Source of the DNA: Chrysomallon squamiferum
Taxonomy: Eukaryota; Animalia; Mollusca
Assembly: GCA_012295275.1 (NCBI GenBank)
Contig: CM022665.1
Span: 38,998,001 to 39,062,000, forward strand
Reading direction: 5' to 3'
DNA length: 64,000 bases
Below are positions 51,439 through 64,000 of the stretch, in pieces (position 1 is the stretch's first letter; each line of letters begins with the position of its first letter). The notes under the pieces are model-generated. The model was not told the origin of the DNA. It saw nothing but the letters and a program-made list of their open reading frames with translations, and did not search any database. A program made the position numbers and the translations under genes.

Positions 51439-54400
51439 TTACAGCTTGGCATTTATTGTGACTGTCTTGGTGTCAACGTTGATACTGACAGATGGCAGCT
51501 GAGGAACTTCAATAAATTTGGCTGAAAGATAAACAATAAGTCAAAATGTTAATTTCTATAATAAAAGGAATTCTGAATTTTATAAACATGAGCATGTTAG
51601 TGTTTAACTCTTTCAATGTTTACTTCAAAACAGCTCCAGACAATATCAATAATACTAGTAGTTACACTATCACCCTGAGGATTGTAACAAATACTGGGCT
51701 TTTATGATGTTAGCACAAGGAAAGGGTTATGAAAAAAGTGATAGCAATATATTAAAAAAATAACAGTTTATAAAATAATATCTGAAACTGACTGCTCTTT
51801 ATTTAGTTTGTATGCTATAAACCTTCTAATGAAAAAATCTTAGCAATAAAGTTAAAAATATAAAAACATCTAAAATATACTCACCCAAATCTTCTGTTAT
51901 TTTTGAGAGAGGAATCATATTAGGGAATTTATAGGTAACCCCTTGTCTGAAATAACAAATTATTAATGTAATTTCTTTTCTGCTGTAGGATTATCTAAAT
52001 CTATTTGAACAGTTTGGGTTTCCTGATCCATCCTATAGGTCTTGAACAAATCAGTATTTGTTTAACAAAGATCTCAGTATACTATTATTAACTAATATTT
52101 TCATATAATTTTGTATAGTAAGAGAAGAAACCCACTAAAATGTCAAATATATTTTGCTCAGTTTTTTTTTTTGACATGATACCCTTGACATTTGTTACTA
52201 TAACCTTTTACTTCTTGCACCAAAAATCTAAAGTTCTTATTTTTAACTAAAATGTTTTTCAATATACAGGACAGTTAAATTTAAATTTATACTAAAATAA
52301 ACTGTGAATTTTATGAACATTCAGTGTACTTATTTACCTCTTTTCCTTCCTCACAGCTCCCATGCCATAAAGAGCAAGCAAGGCATTGTTCATCATGTCA
52401 AGGGACAGAACTTCATGGTGCTTGATTATTCCGTCTCTTAGCAACTGGGCACTGAGTAATTGAGCTTCTTTTGCCATGACTTTGGGAGGGCGAGCCAGTG
52501 GCTTGCCATTAACACCGGGACTCATTGATAACAGGTAACGACAAACAATCTGCAATAAATAATGGTAACTGTCAGTTTCCAGTAAAAAAAACTGTACTTG
52601 GAAAAATAAAGTACATATATAATAGAAAAAAATATTTTTTTGTTTTTTTTTTAAATCAGGGTAAAAAATTAAAATAGCATCTAAATAAAATTCTAGTTTC
52701 TTTAAATAAAATTTAAATAAATAAATGCTAAAAATATGGTGCGCTGGCTTGAACTTGAATTAGCATAAAATGTACACCAAGTAGAACTGATCTTAACACT
52801 CATCATTTCTAACACAAGGACTCTGTCATTGGGCTATCTATATTAATTATCAAAATATAAAGACCACAATGTTTAAATTCTTCTTTGTTTTCAAATACTT
52901 TAACAAAATAAGATGTACTAATCAAAACTCTGATACAAATAGTTTACACTGTCCTGAAAATGAATGGGTTTGTCAACAAACAAAAGTCTTACCCAGTATC
53001 CAAGAAGGAAAGGTTCAAACATCTGGCTGAAGAATGTTGTGTATTTGTTGACTGACTTCTTAATGAGTACTTGGTTGTTCTCCACTACAACACCACATCC
53101 ATGTATTAACATTGCCAAAGAACTGTCAAAATCCTATAATGTGTAAATACCAATGATTTAATAAAGCTAAAACGTTTGCAGAATTAGTAGAAAGTGTAAA
53201 TAATCAGACACTGACCTGGCCATCCAGCCATTTCCTAATTATATTTCTGAATTATTATTCATTACAGATGTGTACAGTTGAACCTCCAAAAACCGTTGAA
53301 ACAAACCATAAAATTTTGAATTAAAGTAACTTACATTTGCTTAATTTACCTTTTTTGTGTTCCCTGGCAAAAAAATAAAATCTTTGCACAAAAGTTTTTC
53401 AAGGAATGAGTATTTGTCAAAGAGTTCTCCTGAAAACAAAATAAATGACAATAAATGATTATTTATACTGGAACCTTAATAACAGCACACTGAAAGATTA
53501 AGGGTCAAAACATTCTCAAAAACGTAGCTGAGAGATACTGAGTCAAATATAATATTCAACCACTTATATATTAACTTTGAAATAAGGTGTTTTCTTTATA
53601 AATTTCAAAGTGTAAAAAGAGTGAAATAAAAGAACAACAAAAAAGAAGACATTTAAATCAGTACATTAAAAAAGTGTTTGTTACATACTTAAGTTAGGAT
53701 CAACACAGATGCTGCTAAATAAATGTTTCTTGTGTCTTAGCAAGATACCACTTACCTAGAGACAGCGTATCTGCAGTACACGAGTTGATGGCCAGGGAAA
53801 TGATAGCCACTCTCACAAAGACATGAAGTAGTTGATTTCTGTACAGAGACAACATCAACGTCTGTGCTGCTGTCATCATCAGCTGGTCATGTTTACCAGT
53901 TCCTGTTGGATGGACAATGTGCTGCAATTCAACTACATCATCACTTGTCACTGTGACAATGTTCTTGTGCAGTGCCAGACTTGCTCGAATCACCGTGTCA
54001 GCACTTTCATTACCTGCAATAACATGTATCACATTTTATTTCTGGAATAATCAAAGCTTTTATCTCTCAGTTATTAAGTTGTCTGATTTTAATTGACAAT
54101 TTTGAGATGCCTCATCTACATATTTAGCAATAAGATGACAAAATATCAGTAACATCTTCTTCCAATGAAAGACATATTTAATATTTGAAAATGTATATAA
54201 TACAACTGAAAAAGTCTGATACTTCTTGCTTGCAGACTAAAAGGGGGAAAATAAAACAAATCTGGATTTTCTGAAGAAAGTTACAAATAGCACAAATATT
54301 AATATTAACAATGTAGAATAATGTAGAGAAATAAATTTACTTTAAATTCAGTTTTCGCTTTCTCTGATGAGCAACAGATTTTGTTTGCTGTGACCATACA

Positions 54401-55491
54401 GTGGCACTATTGTCAATGTACAAAAAATAAAAATAACGTAAAACACAGAACACACACAAAATAAACAGTTCATCAGAGGAGACATCTCACTAATGCCAGA
54501 TTCAAGAATATTTGTATCTATCCCAGATTTTATCCAGGCTTTCAAAAATCCAGCAAAATGGAGGGTCAAGTGTATTAGGTCACAAGCAGTAAATATAAAG
54601 AAAAGAAACAGAATACTTTATGTTATACCTGGCCAGTCAATATAAGCTCCAAGATTTGAAGCCTGCTTCTTCAGCCACTCAACCTCTTTGATAATATGTC
54701 TGACAGACACCCCGCCACTACACTGCATCAGCACTGTGGCAACCAAAGACCAGGGACAGATGACCATGTTCTTTAAATGCTGTAAGATGATGTCATGTCC
54801 AAGAATCTGTAGATATTTTTGTTCTTCCAAAGTTAAACTTGCAATATATCTGAAAACAAATATACATGATATAAATATTTTTAAAATATACTTTAAAAAG
54901 ATATATATAATTATTTGAGAAGATAATGTAAAGTGGGTTTTAATACTTTTTAGCCGACATACTATGCAGCCTTATCTAATTTATAATTGTAATAAAAAAA
55001 TAATTTCAAAACCATAATACTATTTTTAAACTTTTAAATACTCATAATCTAACTAATTTATAATTTCCAAAGGTTTGGTGTTGTTTTGTTTTTTTAAATA
55101 TTAAAAACACAACTAATAAATATTATGCATGTGAACACATACACACATATACACAAACACACACACACACACACAAAAAACATATTTACTTAAAACCTGA
55201 AGAACAGCAGTCTAAAAAATATATTATAAATTTAACTCAACATAAGGTAGAGACAACACTGAGTGTTACCTAGGGGCTAAATTATGTGCACTTCTGTCTA
55301 CTTTCCCATCCATGTATTTCCTTAAAGACAAGGGTTCTCCAAAATGTATGTGAATATTTCCAAAATCTTCTTGCAAAATGCTTCTTGCCTTTAGCAAGCC
55401 CTGAATGGATGTAAAAAAAAAAGTTTTTTAAATAATGTATCAGTCCTCCATTGTAAATTATAGATGTTAACATAAAGATTTATTAAAACAG

Positions 55492-55563
<72 letters not shown>

Positions 55564-57567
55564 CACACAAGTACCCCTAAAAATACAAAGATAAAGTCAC
55601 ATACATACAGATATAAGCATAAACAGGCAGTTAGAATGATAGATATTACATTTATCTTTTTATAGTGGAAACTTAGGAATTTTTTATCATTAATAATGAA
55701 AGAAAACTGTCTCACTGATGTTGATTCCTTTGGTTTAGGAACACCAAGCAACTCATAAGCATAGAGTGTTTCCTCTAGAATTCTATCATAGCTGATACTA
55801 GCTGGTACAATCATTATATCATTGATGTGAGACTTGAAGTATGGCTCTAGTGATGCTGACAACATTCCTGAAATTTAACAAGGATGAGCATTGTTTTTAA
55901 CAATACTAGAGCAGAATATCTTATTTTGTATTAACTGATAAATATCAGACAAGCACTTGCAATATAACATTACATATTGAAAATCTTTTAAAGTAAGTAA
56001 ATGTTTTTATTATGACAGAGATTAATTTATAATTTATTAACAATTTACTTTTACAAACACAGAAAAACATGAAAAAAATACTTAAGATATTTTTATAGCA
56101 TTATGAGAGATAGTATTATTTAAGGAATATAAATGCATGAAATTATCCTAATATTTTATTCCATTCTTTGCATTGTCTCACATTTTTCATGTGCTTTTCT
56201 GTCTATAAAAATATGATCCATTTTTACTAACCCATATAGTAGTTTCAGAAAAGAAATGTGTTCTGAAATAATTTAATGAACCAATATAATAACACAAGTG
56301 TCAGTTTCAACTAACAGGATCAAGGAACTCATGATATTCAGCTCCCCAGAACAAACACCACTGCCCTTAACATAGAAATATTGCCTACATTCTGAGCTGA
56401 AAAAAAATATACTTACCAAACCTTGGAGGGTAAGACTTTGATGTTCTACTTCTGGTCCCTTCAACAAAGAATTCAATTGGGTGATCTCCATTACAGATCT
56501 GTGTCTGTACATATTCAGTAAACACAGCCCAGTAGAGCTGATCATCACCAAAACTACGTCTAATGTAGAATGCACCACTATTCCTCAACAACCATCCAAA
56601 GAACTTCATACCCATAAAATCTTTCAGGAAAAAGAATATTAATTTATAATGAATAAACAATTGGTATATTTGCCAATTTTTTCATTTCTGTAACATCAAT
56701 AAATGTAACAGTCAAAACGTGGACCAGTCTGGGAGCTAGTAAAGCATCTGATAGATGTCTTCTCTAGTGCATTCTTAGCATATTGCTATATGCTTTACAT
56801 ATTGTCTCTATCTTCTAAAGAACCACACTAAAATCTTTAAACTACAGTCAAACTTCAATAACTTGAGATGGATGGGGTTGGCAAAACTTGTAGAATTTCC
56901 CAGTATTCAAGTATTCAAATTTTAAGTTTTTACATGCATTTGCAATGGACAAGTTATGAATACTTAGTATTGCAAGAAACACTCTTGCACATTTAGTAAA
57001 CTAAGTAAATAACAAAAACAAAAAAATCACTACTCAAATGAATTTTACACAAACACACAAATACACACACACACACACCACACAACCATGCAAATGAATT
57101 TACTGATACTTTTGAAAGCTAATTGCTATTATATCAATAACCTAGTACTGTAAACAGATTTTTGATGGATCAACATTTGATTATTCAAAGGTCATTATTA
57201 CTCACTTATATAGGACCTCATCTGGGACCAGACTTTCAGTTTGTTAGATTGAAATAATATGTTCTTTTGACGTTTCTGAGACTTCAGTTTAATTTTAAAT
57301 GTAATCTCTGATACAGATGAAGTGTTATAAACCTTATCAATAATGGTTGCTAAATTTCTAATTAATGTCATGTAATATTGCATTTAAACATTTACCCATA
57401 GCAGCAGCAATAACAGGCAGTGGCATGTCATATGTGTAGAAGACTAGAGAGATCAACAAAAAGTCCATGTAGCTCCTGTGTGTGGGCATCACCAGAATCG
57501 GGTATTCTTTCATGGTCTGGCGAATCTGAAATAGTATTTATTACTGTTTAATTACCTATATTATTAT

Positions 57568-57598
<31 letters not shown>

Positions 57599-59861
57599 GG
57601 GGGGGGGGGCAATGTATTCTTCCAGTGATGACTAAATACTGGTTTTAAATATTTCTATTTTTAATTTTTAAAAAGCAAAAAAAAAAACCCCAAAAACAAC
57701 AACAAATTGTTGACCTGAAATCTGTTAGTTTTTCTTTTTCTTGTTTGATAAGTCCATATTATTTACCTTTGGCACTACTGACAAAAAATATGTGAATATA
57801 AACAATAAATGAATATAGCTTTGCATTATGCAGTTTTACTATGTTTTCCCATTTATGCAATTTTAGAAAAGTAAGTTATTAAGCTAAAATAAATTACCAT
57901 CATCTCATTTAACAGTGAGTCCTCAGTGGATTAATTAACAGTTATTTGTTTAATGACAACTAAACAAGTTTTATTATTTATTATTATTAAATGACAGTCC
58001 TTTGTTCTCACATAACAATCAGAGTAAACCCACTGCTGTCAGTTCATGGACAATTAACCAACCTTCTGAATGCCTTCTTCATTCACATAGATCCTTCTAT
58101 AAAGCTGTTTAAATATCTTGATAAGAAAGAAAGAAAACCCCCGAATTGCACCCATCCTTAAGTTGTGAGCCATCTCATCAACAATGGATTCAGCTTGTTC
58201 AGTCACCTCTTCAACTGGCAGATGCATTTCTACAGAAACCTATATAAAAATTATAATTTAAATAAATTAGGAATAACCAGTACATATACAGCATGACATC
58301 AAGAATTAATTTACAGATAATATGTAACTTGTTCCAAATTAGCACTGAACAGGTATCACACAATATGTATATTATCTTACTACTACTACTATCACTAATC
58401 TTTATATATATATTACCTGTTACCAAAGAAAGGATATGTTTGGGGGGGTGGTTAATGACACTCAACACATTTTATTGTACTGTTATCAATAACTACTATT
58501 AAATAATGTTTATCTCATTAAAATTCAGCATGTAATAAAGAATTATTACAGAGTGCTGCTTTAAAATAACAATTAAATAAAATAATTAAATAAATAAAAT
58601 AATGTTTACAAATACTATATTTATTTTTCAACTAAATACTTATTTCTCACCTGCTCTATTGCATGCTTGACTCGGTAACTATTCATAACATCATGTTTGA
58701 TCTCGTCAGGTGTCCTTGGTTTGCTCTGTTTAAATGATGGTGTAGTGTCAATTGGACGGAAACTCCATTTCAAATCGCTGTTATGTCGACGGTCATCCAG
58801 GCAATCAGTAAAAATGTCTTTCTGTTTTGTCGACACCAAATTAGGATCATCTAAAGCATTACAATAATAATAATAAAGTCACATACACAAACACACACAT
58901 ATACATATACATATATTGTATGTATAACATTACATACTTTTCAAAATTATAAGATTTGTAAAATTTAACAAAAGAAAAAAATTTAACTTTTTACATTTTC
59001 AAATATAAGTTACTCTTTTCTTTTCATTTTATAAGATAACTCTAATATTGTTGTTAATTAGATGTGAAACATTTTTATTTTTTATATTTCTTCTTTTTCT
59101 TTGTGTTTTGTTTTTGGGGGGATTGCTGTTGTTGTTGTTCACTGTTGTACAAATATCTCAAACATGTTTCTTTTTCTTCGGTAAATAAAAAATTAAGCCT
59201 TCACAATGAATTGTTCCAGTGAAGACACCAGAAAATGAAAAAGAAAAATGATGATAAATAAATCATTACAATTTTTAAAAATGTTATTATTATTATTTTA
59301 AAAAAAAAAATTAAAAAAATTTGGAGGGTGTTGTTGATAACTGCATTCCATTTACATCTGGTGTTGTTGACTGATAATGTATTATGTGAATATAAACTGT
59401 AAAGGACGACTGTCATTAGAGACAGGGCATGTTATATTGTATAACATAAGATTAATTTCATTGTGATTTACATCATCCTGATACTGCTCAGTGCAATTCA
59501 ATCGTCTTTTGTTTGTTTGTTGTAGTTGTTTTCTAATCCGTCATATTCTGTGTGATCATCCCAAGATGAAAACGCCCCTTTGCAAAAACTATTCATTGGA
59601 TTTTGGTACTGTAATTTGAGTGGTTAAATAATTAACTAAACCAAATTCTGCATTAAAAACAACAAAAGCTGTAATGTTCATTGTATTATTTAGACTTCAC
59701 CAATGTTTGGTTTAACTTTCGTGTTCTCAACAGTCGATTCATACGAATCACTCGATCATCATTAAATTTAATCCAACGATTAAAACACAAATATCAAAGT
59801 ATGAAATATTATTAACTTGTGCACCTTTTGCAATCCAAGAATTTCTCGATTGGTCAGTCAT
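51439..59861 (-). CDS. GNPAT: Dihydroxyacetone phosphate acyltransferase (GNPAT/DHAPAT), peroxisomal, ~695 aa
   Basis: Acyltransferase motifs PTHRSYMDF (HX4D), [57 protein letters not shown]; C-terminal PTS1 AKL then TAA (51439-51441). Exons: 59825-59861 (tentative first exon, [12 protein letters not shown], weak donor), 58651-58850, 58063-58239, 57396-57525, 56417-56620, 55716-55867, 55270-55400, 54629-54849, 53756-54013, 53350-53429, 52993-53133, 52338-52549, 51885-51946, 51439-51521. Confidence 0.95.
55494..55562. repeat. (CA)n microsatellite in a GNPAT intron
   Basis: Direct reading. Confidence 0.95.
56843..56920 (+). mobile_element. Degenerate Tc1/mariner-pogo-like terminal fragment
   Basis: TA followed by CAGTCAAACTTCAATAACTTGAG resembles pogo/Tigger-type TIR starts. 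The partner end was not found. Confidence 0.35.
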
Positions 59862-60899
59862 ATTTGTATTCTGTGCGTTTAAATTGGATATTGTATCTTT
59901 ACAAATCAGACGATAATAATAAATAAACGCAATGGTAACAAAAATTGTAACGACCACAGAAGTGGCATGATGTTTGACTGGTTTATTTATCTGTTCGCTT
60001 CAAGTGTAATAGATAGATATATTTACGAAAGGACTGAAATGCAGTGTATTTCATCTAACCTCGATTGTTAAGGCCAAAAGGAAAATAAAAAAAAATAATA
60101 ATAATAAAAAAATAAAAAAAAATATAACCAAAAAAAAAACCCACCCAAACAAAACAGTGTTTATTTCCCACCAATTTCTTTATTACACTCAGCTTAATTC
60201 TTAAACAGTACGTTAGGAAAGTATATAATATAAATGATGGTCAGAATAAATATGACAAGAATCACAATTTATATATAATGCCTATGAACATTACACAGAG
60301 ATATCAGTGAAGTTATGAATTCATCAGATGAGATACAGCAGTTTGAATACTGAATGAATGCATACATTCATTTCACTCCCCAAAAATGGTAATATTGACT
60401 TTTAAGGCTATCTAGAAGGATGGATTCTACGACCAACCAGTTCTACATGTAATAAGCAATACTGGATATTTAATGAAAATATAAATTGTGTAGAATAATA
60501 TATATTTTAAAAAATATTGTAACTCACTGCTCACAGAAAACGTAGGTCTAGACTTCATATTTTTCATCACAAATACACCCTCCAAAAGGTTTAATTATAA
60601 GAATCATCTGTGTATTGTACTTGTCAAAATATATCGAACTGTCAGTTATCTTCTAGACTTTGTAGTCTAACAAATATATTTTCAACAGCAGTTACCTGAA
60701 GAAACTACTCTTGACAGCTACTAATTTTTATTTATTTATTTATTTTTTAAATAACGATACTACTTATTCTCTCCACGCTGATCTCCGATTAAGATATTAT
60801 TATACATAATAACATCTGGAAAACATATTGGTAGATATATTATATACTGGTGTTTTAAAATTAATTCATTTACTAAATTAATTATATGTACCTTTACTT

Positions 60900-60913
60900 T
60901 ATTATTATTATTA

Positions 60914-60990
<77 letters not shown>
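60900..60990. repeat. (ATT)n microsatellite
   Basis: Direct reading; source of the poly-Asn ORF 60760-61035. Confidence 0.95.
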
Positions 60991-60996
<6 letters not shown>

Positions 60997-61373
60997 TATA
61001 TTTTTTAAATATCTTAAATAATTCTTCAAAAACATATTTCCATTTTATTTCATTAAATTTTTATTTCTAATATTTTTCCACCTTTTTTAATGTTATTTGT
61101 TGCATAATTTTCCCTCGTTATTTCTTTATATTTTACGCCCATCCTATTTGTTTTTAAAAATTCCATGGCAAACTAAATTAATTAATTTATCTTGACTGCG
61201 ATTAATGTCGCAAAACCATATCATCTGTCATGCCATCGAATTTTCACTACTTCTACTACACCGGTATTAGTCTTGATTCCAGCTAACGTTAGGTTCCACC
61301 AGACAATTTGTTCCACATCGCCTTACTATTAAAGAGTTTGAAAACAATCGAGACTGTCTAAGATTTATACAAC

Positions 61374-64000
61374 ATGAAGATTTTAGTTTATTTGATTATG
61401 TCAGTTTTTGTATATTGTTATGCAAAGAAAAAAGATCCGTACGTAAGTGCATCTGTAATTAAAATGCACAAGCTGTATGCACTGTCAATACAAAATTAGT
61501 TTCAGCTGATGCAAAAGTTAATGTTATCCGCATTGATCAGTAAACGTGTGAAAGAGGCCCAATACATTCGTATTGAGGACCGGTTTGGGTATATCACTAT
61601 ATGATATAATTATTTTAAAATTATTTATTTTATTATTGTAGTTATAATTTATTTTAGTTTTTTTCTCTCTAAAAGATGGTACTGTGTGTTTTTCCAGAAA
61701 GCAACCAATTTGCTTTTCAACTGGATGATAATATATTTTGCTGTCTTGTTATTTCATACATATATATCATTATATCATATGGTGTACTAGATCGTGTAGA
61801 TTTTGTACATGGCACAGTCGCACGTCTGTGAGGTGCTAATTAGTAATATCTAAACTAATTAAAACACATATAATATATTTTATTGCAGCCCCCACAATCC
61901 AAAACATTGTCATTCAAGATACTTTAATATATTTTGTATTATTATTATTTTTATTATTATTTTTTATTGTTTTTTAAATTATTTATTATTATTTTTTAAT
62001 TTACCTATACTTTTTGTGTGTGTGTATACGATTTTAATATTTCTACTTAATATTGTATTATTAGCAAATAAGAGTAATCTCAAATAAAGAGAACAATAAC
62101 ACGGAAATATACAGAGTATATTTAAGCCATCTTCATTCATATGTCCAAAAATGCATAGAAAAAATAACAATAATAAAAATAAAATATCAATCTGTAATTA
62201 AATATTTGTTAATACTGCATACAAAAAAAATATATCGTGATACAAATATCTATTAATTTATGTATTTATTTATTTATTTATTTATTTATTTTAAATAATA
62301 ACTATTAACAAATATTCACTCTTTGTTTTGAGTTTAAAACATTTTATTTTAACAACTGTTTCAGAAATCACCAAAAGATTTTCTAGAAAGTGAAGAAAAA
62401 AGACTAAAGAAAGCTGGAATTACTTGCTCATTAAAGAAAATATCAAGAAGAAGTGTAGACAATTTACGACTTCACAGAAAGGTATATCCAGATCAAACTT
62501 TATCAAGCAATGTTTTATGTACAGTACTACTACTACTACTACTACTAATAATAATAATAATTATTGTAACCATTTTATATATATTTATTGATTAAAAATA
62601 AATGTCAAATTTAAAAAAAAAAAAAAAAAAAAAATTATTACTCTTTCAGGTTCCAGTTACTTTCAATTTCTAATTTTTACCATCAAAATTATTCAGTTTA
62701 TAACTCTTCTGACACACAATTTATAAACAGAAAACCTTATTCAGTTAATAATCATCTGAAATAAATTTATAAATTATTTGCAATAAAAATTATTTCATTT
62801 GTAATTTGCATCCATAGGATGATGTAACCATCATGTGTCTGTTAAAGTACCTCACTGACCATCAGGATGATGGTTTTCAATGGTCAGTTCTAGGAACTGT
62901 CTACAGCCAGAAGGGAAAGACATTCTCCAGCCAGGCAGAATCAGCTTTCAAATATGCACTAAAACTATCAGGCAAAGTTATAGGCGTTACAGAGTGGCAG
63001 TCTCTTCATCCATTTGTTATTGGTAAAACAGAACTAGATGGAGATCCATTAGAAGCATTTGGAGGAATTCATAATGTTTCCTTGTTCAGATTTCAGAAAG
63101 GAATCCGATATTTCTCCGAACTAGTTCCCAGTGGAGAAGTAAAATGGACAACCTTGACCCCACAAACTGCAGATCAAGTCCAGGTTGGGACAAAGGTCAA
63201 CTGGAATGATCTTGTAAGTTCACTGGGATCAATGGGAATCACAGAATGGCAGGGCTGGCTGGTTGGTGAATTTGCTGTCAATGATAATGATGGTGTTATT
63301 ATGCAATGTTTGGGTGTCAATACCTTTTTTGTTGATGATCACCCTGTCACTGCTGATGTTTACAATCGAGGGACATTCTGGTTTAGTTTGCCACTAGCAA
63401 AAGGAATCCATTCAGTTTTTGTTAAACTTAGGACAAAAGTTCAAGCTAATATTAAATTTTCTGTTAAAGTAGCACCCAAAATATTTAAAGTTTTGTCTCC
63501 AACATTTTTGCCTGATTTAGTGAATGGACATCTTTTAGGACGATACATTGCAGTTCCCATATCCAATTATCATTCATCAAAATGGCTGACAAACATTCGA
63601 ATCTCACTTGTTGATCAGTCAGATGGTGAAACACTTGAAATCAAATTAATTAAAAATGAATTTGCTATTGCACCAGGTCAGGCAAGACCTGTTATATTAA
63701 AACTCTCTAATGAATCACCCAAAATTATAGACGGTTGCTATGACATTGAGCTAGAAATGAAAATTACTACCTCTGAAGGTCAGGAGTTGCTTCCTTTGAA
63801 ATTAAGATGTCGAAAAAGTGGAGAATCATTTCATTTTACTTTCTTGGATCATGATGGTTCAGTACAGCATGGTGCTGCTGTTGAACCAATTGGATCATGT
63901 GTTCAGAACCGATGTCCAGTGATGTTGACCCTTCATGGAACAACAGTTCCACCCCAGAATCAGGCAGACAGCTACAAGAAAATGGTGAATGGAGAGTTCC
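61374..64000 (+). CDS. Secreted protein with a TPR-like segment and the start of an alpha/beta-hydrolase (peptidase S9-like / ARB_06907-like) domain; truncated by the window end
   Basis: Exon 61374-61442 MKILVYLIMSVFVYCYAKKKDPY (signal-peptide-like); exon 62365-62481; exon 62818->64000 open with no stop: DGFQWSVLGTVYSQKG...AESAFKYALKL (TPR-like), WQSLHPFVIGKTELDGDPLEAFGGI, ITEWQGWLVGEF, FTFLDHDGSVQHGAAVEP, CPVMLTLHGTTV. Family call is from recalled motif similarity. Confidence 0.8.

Noticed and set aside
60760-61035. Poly-Asn ORF between GNPAT and the secreted-protein gene
   Set aside because: Translation of an (ATT)n microsatellite.
1436-62817. Search for U12-type (RTATCCT / AT-AC) or GC-AG introns
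   Set aside because: All traced donors are GT without the ATCCTT consensus; gtatct at 20183 and 32168 do not extend to it.

Overview
AT-rich, intron-dense animal genomic DNA, probably an invertebrate and possibly a mollusc (inference from composition, microsatellites and repeat style; not established). I reconstructed six spliced protein-coding genes by hand from GT-AG junctions and codon phase. (1) XRN2/Rat1 5'-3' exoribonuclease on the minus strand: 30 traced exons, 3' end unresolved. (2) An uncharacterised ~684-aa HEAT/ARM-repeat protein, head-to-head with XRN2 across 384 bp. (3, 4) Two tandem TMEM72/Flower-like four-TM paralogues on the minus strand. (5) GNPAT/DHAPAT on the minus strand, ending in the PTS1 signal AKL. 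(6) A secreted TPR + alpha/beta-hydrolase-like protein on the plus strand that runs off the window and is missing from the ORF track. No prokaryotic-type system, CRISPR array, tRNA or rRNA was seen. The most unusual observations are a minisatellite built from an exon/5'-splice-site junction, a +1 nt anomaly at XRN2 exon 2, an 18-nt microexon carrying an XRN2 catalytic Asp, TQT (LC8-type) motifs conserved in both TMEM72-like tails, and a >1.18 kb uninterrupted coding exon in the last gene.
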